DNA of 64,000 bases from Felis catus (lineage: Eukaryota). Below the pieces are notes generated by a model. The model saw only the letters and a list, made by a program, of their open reading frames with translations, had not been told where the DNA came from and did not search any database. Positions 24,241 through 36,027 of this stretch are shown here, piece after piece (positions within the stretch are counted from its first letter, which is position 1; every line of letters starts with the position of its first letter). The translations under genes and the position numbers were made by a program. The stretch covers positions 119,104,001 through 119,168,000 of the forward strand of contig NC_058368.1 in the NCBI RefSeq assembly GCF_018350175.1. The letters are read 5' to 3'.

Positions 24241-24428
24241 CTGGATTTTCAGAGGCTGACATTTCTTCTGACATTATCTAAAAGGTTACATAGTTTTAAG
24301 ACTCTGTATCAGTTATTATGATCACAAAATCTCTGTCCATTTATATAAATATTAGAAGAGAGATTTGTGAGGGTGAATGATACCATCTGGGAAGATGATA
24401 CTCAGTGGGAAGAAGAAAAGATTTAAAC

Positions 24429-24611
24429 AAGTGGTTCTCAGACTTGAATGTTTATCACATTCACCTGCAGGGCTGGCTAAACTACAAGTTGTTGGGCTTC
24501 ACCCAGAGAGATTCAGTGAGTCTGGGGTAGGGCCTGAGAATTTGCATTTCTGACAGATTCACAGGTGATGTTGCTGCCTCTGGTGTAGTGATTACACTTT
24601 GAGAAACACTG
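24429..24611 (+). mobile_element. MER5A hAT-Charlie MITE, full length
   Basis: TIRs aagtggttctca / tgagaaacactg; internal gtctggggtagggcctgagaatttgcatttctgac matches MER5A. Confidence 0.9.
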
Positions 24612-25664
24612 GCTGATTGAATAGAGAATAAAAAAGACACCTGGTCAGAGGCTTAAATATAAAATAAGGATTGTATTCTGTATAGCTCCATATCCTGTGT
24701 TTTATAGGCTCCACACTCTTGTTGTCTATCACTTCCATGCCTAGTGCAATGTGGCAGCTATTAATTCTGGGAGCGGCGGAGAGATGGGTGAATGGGATAA
24801 AAGCAAGATGAATCAACTGGTGGAGAAGGAAGAGGAGGCTCTTAAGTTGGGGAATGAGACAGCAGCCCTGTTTCCTGCCAGGATCCAGGTTGCCCTTTCC
24901 AGAGGAAAACTGACTTTGGCTCCAGCTTCTGTAAGGAAGGGTGGACCAGGTTACAGAGTGGTGCCAGGCAGCAGAGCCTCTTGGATCAACCCAAGGTGAA
25001 GGGTGTGGCCTTCAGCCAGGCCTCCGACAGGAAAGGTTCACGCCACAGGATCTGTCTCTTGAATTGCTCAGTCATGCTTCTATACTGATGAGTGAACCAA
25101 GCAAGTCAAAGTTTTTCTGCTAAACTGCTCCCCATGTGTCTCCCACCACTTTGCAAAAGAGAACAAAAACCAGGGAGGAGGCTCTTGGGACTCTATCCAT
25201 AGTAGATCTGGAAACTCACCTAGGGAAAAAAGAGCCTGAGAAGTTTAAGCAATTTGCTTCACTACTTACTATCCAATATTGGACTTTGAGTCCGGAATGT
25301 AGTTTGAAGTAGATAGGGAAAATATTTTCTTCTTAACAGATTGTCCTTGGGCAAAGAAGAATGTCAACAAACCTAAGAAAAAGCTTTATCTGCAGTTATC
25401 TGCCACAGCTGAGGTGTTTGTTTTTCTATCTCTCTAGCTTCATATGTTGCTTTAGGTGAAAATAATAGTGATTAATTTCAGGCATTGTTGGCTTTGACTA
25501 AGCATTAGGTTTGCAAGATTCCTGCAAGGCCTTGTTTTCTTGGCCTTGAAAGAGGCATGTTAATGTTAGATGTTCTCAGTCATTTTGAGAAGCACTGTGA
25601 TCATTTATGTTTTTTAAACGTTTCTTAAACAGCTACTATGTGCCAGGCAATACTAGGTGCTATT

Positions 25665-25875
25665 AGTATGAGTAGTGGAAAGAGCATTGAGCACAAAGTA
25701 TTAAGAGCTGGGTTTGAGTTTCTGCTCTGTAGCTGACTAGCTGCACGTCATGTGGCTTTTCAGGGCCTAAATTCCATCTGTGAGAGAGTCACACACTCAG
25801 CATACAGGGTTGCTATGAAATGGCTTTGAAAGTCATAAAAGTCACGCAACCACAAAGTGGCATTCTTATAGCATT
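25665..25875 (+). mobile_element. MIR
   Basis: gtagtggaaagagcattg...gctgggtttgagtttctgctctgtagctgactagctg...cagggttgctatga. Confidence 0.7.
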
Positions 25876-25884
25876 TGAGCCACC

Positions 25885-26005
25885 TTCACTTGGCGTTATT
25901 CACATAGACTTGATGGTATTGCCTGGGATGAGCTCAGTACCTGGCCTGGTATGGGTGCTCCATAGCCATTTGTGGAAAGAGGGGAAAAAGGAAAGACAGG
26001 AAGAA
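25885..26005 (+). mobile_element. L2 3' end
   Basis: agctcagtacctggcctggtatgggtgctccatagccatttgtggaaag. Confidence 0.5.
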
Positions 26006-26109
26006 GGAGGTAAAATGAATAGATCCTTGGCCTTTGCATTTCACTTTTCAGTTCCCTTGGAGCAAAGGTCCGTGATAAGGTGGTCAACTAATTGGTGAGG
26101 CAAGAGTTG

Positions 26110-26345
26110 AGTTATGCCATGGAGATTCATTCCAGGTCAGACCTGGGCACTTGTCCACATTCTCTTTCTTAGTGACCACTGAGCCTTTCAGAGCACGTCA
26201 CTTCCGAGCTGTGGCCTTTGAAAAATGAACACATTACTCCCAGTCTACCCACCTCACCGGATTATTTTGAGGATCAAACAAGAGAGCAGAGGTGACTGTG
26301 TACTGAAAATCATAAAGTGCGATATAGATAAGATGATGTCTTATT
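26110..26345 (+). mobile_element. MIR
   Basis: gtcagacctggg...aaaatgaacacattactcccagtctacccacctcaccggattattttgaggatcaaac. Confidence 0.65.
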
Positions 26346-27307
26346 TCTACTTCTATTTGCACCTGCATCTTTTCAACAAAAGGTTTACAAGGAGGTTTTA
26401 TATTATCTTGTTGGCTTGTGAGGGCCCTGCTCACTCATAAACTCAGGAACTAATTGTGGAGAGTTGAAAACAAGGTATTTTTAAACAATAAAAAAAAATA
26501 GCCTTCCAAAACACTCTTAGGAGGAAGTCCACAGTAAAAACAAAGAGTAGCAGAAATGTTGTGAAAGGGACAGAAAGGAACCAATGGTCAATAGCCAGCA
26601 AGGAGGGCAGAGAGCACAGGCATTGGGTGACCAGGAGACCTTGGCTGATGGTGTAATGATCAGAACACCCTCCCATTGTTATGGCAACAGACTGATCTTC
26701 CTTGGGTGGAGATGGCCTCCTGATGGAGGTGATCCATGGGACATCTGGGTCCTTCTCACTTTCTTCAGTGTTGGCATCTACGGGGCAAGGACCTCTGCTC
26801 TGTTAACTGCAACTTGAGCTGTGCCCTGCTCCATGTTTGAGCTTCAATAGCAGGACGCTCTTCAAATATCGATAGGGTCAGGTCAGGTGTACAAACAAGC
26901 AAAATTTGCAGGCAAAATAAATAAGGAGTTCCAGACATCGGGCAAACTGAAGAAAATATACCTAAGCTTGAGGTAACAGCCTTCCAGTTAATTGAAGGCA
27001 TTCTGGAATATGATCCAGTTTTTCTAGATCATCCCACTTTCAAAGAAAAGCAACACATATGGATTTCCAAAGTGAAATCCCCTGCCTGTAAGTGCAGAAA
27101 TACTATGCAGGGTCAATAAGGTATCTCTCTGATTTGCTTCTTTGCATTCTCTAGCTCAAACCCTCACATGTATCCCAAACACACTTCTATCAGTGGGTGC
27201 GAATTTCTCAAAAGAACCATCAGCATAAGCCCTACATACCCTCTACTATCTCAGAGCACCCTGCCCGCCCTACTTTTAGAACAGTACTGTATATCTGCTC
27301 AGAATAC

Positions 27308-27590
27308 AGGCAATATGGTACAGTGGTTATGAGCTGGAGATGTGGAATTCAGCCCTGGGCTTGAATTCCTGCTTTAGCTCTTCCGAGGCAGGCCTTCAGT
27401 TCTTGTGTGTGACCTTGGAGCAGACACTTAACATCTCAGAGCCTTGGGTTTCCAAAATGACATGGCACTAACTACACTCTGTTCTTCAACACGGGTATCA
27501 TGAGGGTTAAATGAAATATAAATACACTACTTTGTGCCACACCTGGCACATAAGTGAACAGCGAACGAATGTTAAATATCCTCATTGATA
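27308..27590 (+). mobile_element. MIR, near full length
   Basis: ggcaatatggtacagtggttatgagc...tgtgtgaccttggagcagacacttaacatctcagagcctt...tgagggttaaatgaaat...cctggcacataag. Confidence 0.85.
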
Positions 27591-27779
27591 CTAATAAACA
27601 GTTTATTCAGTGGTTAGGTTTTCAAGCATTTTAGTCAAACTTCACTAAACATTCTTCTTTAAAGCAGGAATTCTCTCTCAGACTTCCAGTTTGTATCCCT
27701 CAGATGCCAGGCCTCTCCTAGGCTGGATGCTGCCTACCGGTGCCATCATGACAATCATCACCATAGCAACCACCATCAA

Positions 27780-28050
27780 CATTAACAGCAGCAGCTCTAG
27801 AGCCACCATATCCCATACCATATGATGGCCCAATTCCTGTATTGGTACTTATCCGTGCTGGTTCGTTATAGCCTCACAGCAACTCTATGAACTAAGAGTT
27901 ATTCTCCCTCTTTCCCTACCTTATGAATGAGAACAACAAGACGCTAAGGAATTAGACACCCAGCCCAAACCTACCACCCAGGAACATCAGGGCTAGATTC
28001 AGACCTGGGCTTGCCTGGTTCTGAAGCCTGAGCTCTTCCCCTTTCCCCAT
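27780..28050 (-). mobile_element. MIR
   Basis: cctcacagcaactctatga...cagggctagattcagacctgggcttgcctggttctgaagcctgagctctt. Confidence 0.75.
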
Positions 28051-28974
28051 GCTCCTGATTACTTTGGGAAATGGAGGTTGAGGAAATTATATATCATGCA
28101 GCCGGTGTTGGACACATTGGTGTTTCGAGGTGTGTGTCTCTACATTTTGGTACATTGCTATCATTTTGTCTTTTTCAGATGGCAGTTTATTTACAACCAA
28201 GGACGGAGAGTCTCTTCACCCAAATGTCTCTTTGAAAGGTTCCAATTATGGTTTTGTTTACATTTCAGAAGGCTGGTGGTAGAGATTCACAGTGATGCTA
28301 TCTGTGCTGTCTGCTTAGGTACAAAACACAGAAAAACCTCACGCTTGAGAGGATCCTGACTGGGGCAGGGAATGCCATGCCCCAGAGGAGGCTGATACCA
28401 AACAGAGCCTCTAGCATGGACGCTGACCATCCATCAGTTCATGTCCTCCGTCGCGATTATTTCTCCCAAACAGGCCACTGTATCACAGACATACCTAGGA
28501 AGTTGTCTGTCTCATGTGACTAGCAGAAAGTGGGTTTCTTCTTGGCCCTCATGTACAAACCCAGCCATGAGTATAACATTTCCTTTCTCACTCTCTGCCT
28601 CACCACCCAAGCCAAGCTAGTGGACCACAGAGGACTTGGAGTCAATCAGTCCACAATGAGAGAGCAGCTTCTGTGGGCAAAGTCCCATGCTGAGCACCAG
28701 CGAGACGCTGAAGGTTTGTGGTTCAGAACCTTGGCCTCAGAACACAGTCAAGCACTTCATAATGTTGAAGGGAGAAATGACATCAGCTCTGTAAACTGGG
28801 GCTGAGCATGGGGTGTGCTTGCTATCTGGATGCTGCCATGCTCCAGTGTGATTCTGCATTTTGAGTAACTGCATGGAAGCAAAAGAACTTTATCAGCAGA
28901 GGCAACGTACCACAGAGAGAAGCTTATCAGACACTGTCTGCCACAAACTTGCTCTGGACACTGGGGCTGGCTGC

Positions 28975-29225
28975 TTCGACTGGAGTCAGACTGGGCTTGT
29001 TTCCCAGCTTTGCCATGTTCTAGCTGTGTGACTTCAGCAGGCTGATGAATTCCTCAAGCCTCACTTTAGTTAGATGTACAATGGGGATGATAGTGACTTT
29101 CTCACAGAGCCTCTAGGAGAATTGAATAAGACAATGTATGTGGAAGTCTTAACACCATGCCTGGCACATAGCGCTGAGTGTGGTGATGACAATGATGATG
29201 ATGATGATATTAACATTATTATTAG
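28975..29225 (+). mobile_element. MIR
   Basis: tggagtcagactggg...ctagctgtgtgactt...aatggggatgatagt...atgcctggcacatag. Confidence 0.85.
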
Positions 29226-29279
29226 TGTGTTCCAGGCTCTGCACTAAGTTTTATTCTGCTTTATAGCTACACTTCTGCT

Positions 29280-29355
29280 ATAGATGACCTCATCTTCGCA
29301 TGACTTTAAATGCTATCTCCAAATTTATAGAAGTATCAACCCCTGTCCTGAGCTT

Positions 29356-29403
<48 letters not shown>

Positions 29404-30335
29404 CACACACACACAAGCACACACACATCTGTATTAGTAGACATATATAGGGGTTTTTGGGGGGGCAGATATCTAAACAAGACTTTAAAGCTTTCCAAAC
29501 CCCTCACCTGACTCCTGCCTATATCCCTGCCCCACCAAACTTTCTCCTCTCCCAGCTCAGCAATGTCAGCACCATCTTTCCAGAAAGCTTGGAGTCATCC
29601 TTGATTCCGGTGTCCCACTCTTCTCCAGTTCCTCCAGAAGCAAATCCAGGTGGCTCTCTTTTCAAATACATCCAGAAGCCAACGAATTTTCACCACCTTC
29701 ACCACATCCATGCTGGTCTCCCCTCCCTCCCCCAGGTGACTGTGAACAGATGACTGTGAACAACCTGTCACTGGGCTCCCTGCTTCAACACATGAGCCAT
29801 ATCACTGCCCTTCTTGACACCTCCAATGGCTTCCCATCACCCCAGAATGAAACCAAATTCCACACAGCCTTCAAGGCTCCTCAGCTCTGGCTCACAGCTG
29901 CCTTGCCAGCATCACCTCCTACCTCACCAAGCTCTGTGCTGAGCGTGCTCCAACTCAGGGGGCCCTGACACTTCCTGTTCCCCCCACCTGCCTGGAATGC
30001 TCTTGCCCTGCATGTCCACATGGCTCATCCCTTACCTTCTTCAGATCCTAGCTCAAATAATGCCAACTGAAGAGGTCTTCTATGTCTATGGAATAAAGGA
30101 GAAACCCCATCTCCTGTCCTCCACGGCTCTTACCCTTTATCTTGTCTTATTTTCCATCACAGCACATATCCCCCTTTGACCTATCATATATTTTTGTTAC
30201 TGTTGTTGCTTAGAAGGTGAGCTCAACGTGAGTTTGTGTTGCTCACTGTTGAATTCTCATGAGAATAGTACCTGGCACAGAGTAGGCAATCAAATAAATA
30301 TTTGTCTGCTTAAGAAGGAAGGAAAGAATGAAGGA
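29280..30335 (+). mobile_element. L2, ~1 kb 3' portion containing a (CA)n tract
   Basis: gatgacctcatcttcgcatgactttaaatgc...tcatccttgattcc...ctccaatggcttccc...gtacctggcacagagtaggcaatcaaataaatatttg. Confidence 0.88.
29359..29427. repeat. Interrupted (CA)n microsatellite
   Basis: Directly visible. Confidence 0.97.
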
Positions 30336-30344
30336 AGAAACATT

Positions 30345-30436
30345 ACAGACTTCATTTTTCCTATTTCTAAAGAGCAGTGGTTGAATTAGATGCTTTCTGA
30401 AAGGTCCCTTCCAGCTCAAACACTTATCACTCTGAC
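30345..30436 (+). mobile_element. MIR3 3' fragment
   Basis: ggttgaattagatgctttctgaaaggtcccttccagctcaaaca. Confidence 0.65.
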
Positions 30437-30621
30437 AGGTCAGTAGACTTCTAGCTGGCTCTCAGCTCCTATGTCTCAGCAAGGCCAGATCAGTCAGAAG
30501 ACTGAGGTGCTTCCTCACAAACAAATTAAGCCATTTATAATCCCAAGTCTCACGAACTAAATCAGATTGTCCTTAAAAAGACAGTCTTGAGCAAATTTCA
30601 AACCTCCTCCCACTTAACCCC

Positions 30622-31116
30622 AGTGCTGGTCATTTTCCATCTGCCTACTTGCAACCCTGCCTTTCCTGCCATGCATTTCTCTACCCTTCTCTGTGTCCCA
30701 GCAGACTGATCCTTGGGCTACCTAACTTGGCTCCCTAGCCTGCTGGCTTTGCTGATTGGGTTTGGCCAATGGAAGAGGAGACAAGAAGAAGAAAGGGAGA
30801 GGAGCTGGACTATTTTGTGACTGCCCCTTCTTCATTTCCCCACTGCCAACTGGCCACACTTGCTTTGACCACAACTCCTGCCAGGCAGCTCTGTCCTCCT
30901 GTCTCCAGCTCTCACTAGGCTCCGCAACGCCCTTGCCTTCCCTTCCTCTTCAGCTCTAGGGTTGGAAATGTCTCCTTGCTGTTCACTGGCAGTCCCTGAA
31001 GCTTCCACATCCTTTGTGGGATCCATTTACCATATAAATAATTCCTTTATCAAACACTCTTCGATGAAATCTTACGAGTGGAATTCTGTTGCCTGCCTGC
31101 CAAGACCTTAACAGTA
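30622..31116 (+). mobile_element. ERVL solo LTR, LTR33-like
   Basis: gtgctggtcattttccatctgcc start; gattgggtttggccaatgg (CCAAT); ctagggttggaaatgtctccttgctgtt; taaataattcctttatcaaacactctt. Confidence 0.75.
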
Positions 31117-31751
31117 ATGAGTGAATCCTGTTCCCTTATACTTTGAAAGTCATAGAAGTTGAGATACATGATATTTTGTGAGGAAACACGTGAGGCTGTA
31201 TGTGTGTTGGCCCTGGAGTTGTTTAGAGCTGTGCCTACAGGTCTCTTACAATTTGGAGAGAAATCTTTGTGTTCGTTTTGCTTGGTTCAGTTTCCAGCCC
31301 CATGAAACAAATACCTTCAGGGGGAAATGTCCACAGATGAATACACAGTGGAAGTTCCTCTGATACATACCCCAGGGTGAGGACAGAAAAATCTGGCTGA
31401 GTGGTACTTAATTCTAATATTCTTACTGCTCAAAGGAAATGCCTCACTCAGCCTCGTTACTGTACAGGTATGAAAAATCACTCTGCATGCCTTTCTTGGG
31501 AGAAGAGTTTTGAATTCTTTACTTTATCTTTATTCAGAACAGTTCCACACATTCCTGAAGAATCAAGCCTTAAATCCACAGAGCTGGGTGATGGGGAAGT
31601 GGCAGGATGCCAGGAAACATATTATCATGTGTGCTAACCCTGTTTGACAAAACAGATCATTTTAAACCTAAGCAGATTACATTTAAAAAAAAAAGCAAAG
31701 TGAAGCATAATCATAGAGACTAAGCACAGAGAATGTATAATGAGACCATAA

Positions 31752-31813
31752 TACAACCCCCCCAAAAAGAAAAGAAAAGAAAAGTACAACCCCCCCAAAA
31801 AGAAAAGAAAAGA
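31752..31813. repeat. 33-bp tandem duplication (second copy identical over 29 bp)
   Basis: TACAACCCCCCCAAAAAGAAAAGAAAAGA at 31752 and 31785. Confidence 0.95.
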
Positions 31814-32769
31814 GAAAAAAAGGAAAGAAAAGAAAAACTATGGGAAAAATATAAATATGTAGGAGGAGCAAAAGAGTTAAAGAAGAAGCCAGGTTAATAT
31901 TAAAGTAAAATGTTTTATTCTTTTGGCTTTACACTTTTGCTAGGCATAGAAACATATCTCTGAAGACACGTGCATTTATTTCCAAATAAGATCATCCAGC
32001 TAATAAAGGCTATCCAGCCATCACCACAATAAAGAATGAGATAGATTTCCACATGTAGTAACAGGAACTAAATTCACAAATGTGGAGTTGTGGCTGGGAA
32101 AAGGTTTATAAACTGGAAGGTAGAAGTGATTTGTGGATGCTTACTGTACCTTTATAGCCTGCTGAACACACACATCTTTAGAGACATGAAGGATTAGAGT
32201 TCATTAAATAGTAGGTTCTGTTACTCCTACCAGAGTGAAGGAAGAGGAGAACAGAGGCTGAAAACCAGGGTGGATGCCTGGTGAGGGGAGAATTGCTCTC
32301 TCTACCAGACCCTTCGATTTACTAGATGCAAGGCACCAATAAGCAGTCTTACGTGAAGCTCACAGCAGATCTGTGACTTGGGCTGTGGCCAGAATACACG
32401 TATTTTCTTATTTCAGTAAAGCTCTGACAGGACCCTGTATTCTGAGATGAACTCTTTGTCTCCTGCTAGTTAGCAAGGCCCTAAGAGAATCTTCCTGAAC
32501 CTTCTGAAAATGACTCTTTATGCTATTTCTGTGTTCCTCCTTCACCAGTGTCCACAGGGTGCAATGCGCTTAGGACTTAGTACTAGCAGCTTCCTTCTCT
32601 AAGAAAACTGACATTGTCCTCCTTTTCCTAGCAAACAAAAGCTACATGGCACATGATATTTCTTCTTTATTTTCTCTTATGAGTTCATGTAACTTATGAT
32701 CTTTCTCTTTTTGTCTTGGTGGACAGGAATCTCTGTGCAAATGCAATAATATTCAAAGTTAAACATTTT

Positions 32770-32948
32770 TTTTTAACAGCAAGAAAATTTCTTCAATGCA
32801 AATCTATGCAGGTGTCCAAATATAAAACAGACATATGAAGTGCTATTCTGAGTGGAGCAGAGACAGAAAAGCTTACAAATCTGGCCCCTTCTCACCTTTC
32901 TCCTTCCTTGATGTTCTCAAAGTCACCTCTAAGAATCCTCTCAGGGTA
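32770..32948. mobile_element. Possible hAT-Charlie MITE relic
   Basis: caaatctatgcaggtgtccaaatataaaacagacatatgaagtgctattctg resembles a Charlie-family internal motif. Confidence 0.35.
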
Positions 32949-33105
32949 GATAGAGAGGGTTTCAGCAACAAGACCCAGAAATCACACACCACAAAAGAAA
33001 AGATTGATAAATTTGTCTGTGTTGTCAGTTTCTACATTTGTTTTAAAAAAGGCACCCAAAATAAAATTGAGTAAGAAATCAACTGGGAGAAGATGTTTGT
33101 AGTTC

Positions 33106-33326
33106 TTATGTTTTCGATTTTTATTAATTTTTATTTATTTTGAGAGAGTAAGTACACACACCTGTACACATGTGGGGGAGAGGGGCAGGAAGAAAAGGAG
33201 AAAGAGAATCCCAAGCAGGCTGTGCCCCATCAGGACAGAGCCAGACAGGGGACTCCATCTCACAACTGTGAGATCACAACCTTAGCTGAAAACAAGAGTC
33301 AAGACATTTAACCACCCAAGTGCTCT
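33106..33326 (-). mobile_element. Older carnivore/feliform SINE
   Basis: gagaatcccaagcaggct...gtgagatcacaaccttagctgaaaacaagagtc; degenerate TSD gatgtttgtagttc / gatacttgtaatgc. Confidence 0.9.
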
Positions 33327-34294
33327 GATACTTGTAATGCATAAATGAGCAAAGATTGTGTTTCTGGATTATGTAATGAGTGACAAATGAACCAGAAACA
33401 GACAAACCTTTCAATTAAAAAAAATGGACAAGAGATATAAATAAGAAATTTCTAGAAGAGAGAAATTGGCCAGTTAAGATATGGAAAGATGGTCACCCTC
33501 ACTAGGGAATTATAAGTAAAAGAACAACTCCATAACTCTCAGGGAAATGTTTTAAAAGTCTGATAATAATGACTGCTGTGAGGAGGTAGGGAAATTCTGA
33601 AGTGCTGCTCTGGGCGGGTCAATCGGGACAAGTACTTTCCAGAACATCTGACAATGCCAGGAGGTGTGAAGCTGCAGAGACAGACGTGACCTCTGTGGCA
33701 GGAGTTCTCTCTGAGATGTGAGTAACAGATATATAAACTAGAGACAGTCCCCACATGCGCACAGCAATCTCTGTATGAGAGAGCTGATTATGGCAGTGTC
33801 TGTAATGGCAAAAAACGGGGAGACATGCTAAATGACTTTTAATATGTAAATGAGCAAATAAACTGTTGTGAATTCATTCAATAGAATGCTGTCCCAACAG
33901 CTACAACAAATAACTTAGATCTACAGATATCAATGTAGATAAGCATGGAAACCAATGTGGAGTAGAAAAGGCAAGTTTCAGAATGTAAAGTACAGCACAT
34001 TACCGTTTGTAAGGCTGAAATACCCACACTGTGTAATGCGATATGGGTATATGCATATGTAGTAACATTGTGGAAACCTGGACAGGGAGCATTTCCACCA
34101 CTTAGAGAAGGCTACCTCTGAGGAAGTAAGGAGGGGATGAGAGCTGGCCAGGCACCTGGGGGCTTACAGCATATCTGGGCTATTTTGTTTTGATCTGAGT
34201 AAAATATGGTAAGATCTATTACATCTGGTTGATGGGGATGATGGGTAAATTGATTTTTGTCATCTTAGTCTCTGTTCTATATCTTTGAGAATTA

Positions 34295-34516
34295 AAAAAA
34301 ATGTTAATGCTTATTTCTGAGAGAGAGAGGGAGAGAGAGAGTGAGTGAGTGAGCAGGGGAGGGGCAGAGAGAGAGGGAGACACAGAATCTGAAGCAGGCT
34401 CCAGGCTCCCAGCTGTCCGCGCAGAGCCCGATATAGGGCTTGGACCCACAAACCATGAGATCATGACCTGAGCCGAAGTAAGACACTTAACCAAATGGGC
34501 CACCCAGGCATGCCCC
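34295..34516 (-). mobile_element. SINEC_Fc-type SINE (first unit of a tandem dimer)
   Basis: gacacagaatctgaagcaggctccaggctc...tcatgacctgagccgaagtaagacacttaacc. Confidence 0.95.
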
Positions 34517-34524
34517 CCACCCCA

Positions 34525-34668
34525 ATTTTTTTGTTTTTAATTTGAGAGAGAGCGAGAGAGAGAGAGAGAGAGAGAAACTGTGAGTGTGAGTGGGGGAAAG
34601 GGGCAGAGGGAGAGAGACAAAGTGAGAGAGAGAGAGAGACAGAGAGAGGGAGAGAGAGTCAGAGAGAC

Positions 34669-34731
<63 letters not shown>

Positions 34732-34853
34732 CCCAAGCAGGCTCTATGCTCAGTGTGGTGTTGATGAGGGATTTGATTCCATGACCCTGGGATCATGACC
34801 TGAGCCGAAATCAAGAGTTGGGTGCTCAAATGACTGAGCCACTCAGGCACCCT
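34525..34853 (-). mobile_element. Older carnivore SINE with expanded (GA)n (second unit of the dimer)
   Basis: gagaatcccaagcaggctctatgctcagtg...gatcatgacctgagccgaaatcaagagttggg...gagccactcaggcaccc; ~120 bp of GA repeat. Confidence 0.95.
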
Positions 34854-35159
34854 GAAATCTTTCTATAATAAAAATAATAGATTTTAATGAAAAATACTGT
34901 AATTGTGAAATCAAGTAACCTCAGCCATGATTTCTGGTGTGATTTTTTTCCCTTTCACCATCCAACTCTTGATGTTCTACCCCGAGTGTAAAGGTCTTGC
35001 TATACATGTGCCCCAGTCTCTCTGTGTTTTTAAATGAGATGATGCGTGTGAAGATTCTAGCATGGTGTCTAACTTGAGGCGCTTGTGCTTGTTTATAGTC
35101 ACACCATCCCACTTGAAAGCCGTTCTGCAGGAGTATATGGTACACAATAAATGGTATGT

Positions 35160-35568
35160 GTTAGGGGAAAAATCCACATCCAGGCTCATTCATGTTGCTG
35201 GATTTCATTTCCTGTACTTGTAGGGATGGGGTCTTGTTTCCTTGTTGGCCTCTGGCTAGGGTTTTTCTCAGCCTCCAGAGGCAACCCATATTCCTTGGCT
35301 CATCACCCCTTCATTTTCAAAGCCAGCAACAGTGGGTTGAGTCTTTTGCATGTGTCATGCTCTTCATGCCTCTTCTCGTTGATTCTTTTCCTCCTCTGCT
35401 GCTTTTTTGGGCCTATGTGATGACACTGGACCCATTCAGATAACCCAGGATAATCTCTCTGGCTTAATTCCATCTGCAACATCCCTTTTGCCGTGGAACA
35501 TAACAAAGTCACAGATTTTAGGACTAGGATGAGGACATCTTTTGGGAGCCATGATGCTGCCTACCAAA
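35160..35568 (-). mobile_element. MaLR solo LTR (MLT1 family), partial
   Basis: ttccttggctcatcacccc...tcaaagccagcaac...cccaggataatctc...ggacatcttttgggagccatgatgctgcctacca. Confidence 0.85.
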
Positions 35569-36027
35569 CCTCCATCCAATTATTTTGGGAACAACAACAA
35601 TTTAAAAAGTAATGACAGGGTTACAACAGACAAAAAGGAAGCCTCCTAAGTCCTGGGCCCAGGAAAAGAAATCAGGCAGTCTGACCCCAAAGCTTGTGTT
35701 CTTAACCATTATGCCACTGCTAAAGTGCTTGAACTACAAATTCTGCAATTTGGAGAGAAACAGATTGTTGTTTTTGTTCTGATTTTCATTATCCCCTGCT
35801 AATTTCCTTGTGGTATTCCAAAACAGGAATGATGCTTAGGATGGATATGGAGAGATGGGGCTCAAAAGTCCTTTTCATTTAGAGAGAAAATATGAATATA
35901 TTTTTACTCACATGACAGTGACAAAGACATGAAATTAGGGTCTTATGTATGTCACTTATCCATATAGGATGGGACATAGAATCAAACATAAAAGCATTAA
36001 TCATATATCAAAAATAGATGATTTCAA

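Larger units (their letters stand above)
32950..34880 (+). mobile_element. Old L1ME-type 3' portion interrupted by three SINEs
   Basis: aacaagacccagaaatcacacaccacaaaagaaaagattgataaattt; aaatggacaaagatataaataagaaatt; terminus tgaaatctttctataataaaaa after the SINE dimer. Confidence 0.75.

Noticed and set aside
28159..28282. Acceptor tttttcag followed by an open frame (DGSLFTTKDGESLHPNVSLK...)
   Set aside because: No convincing donor, the frame soon stops, and no recognisable homology
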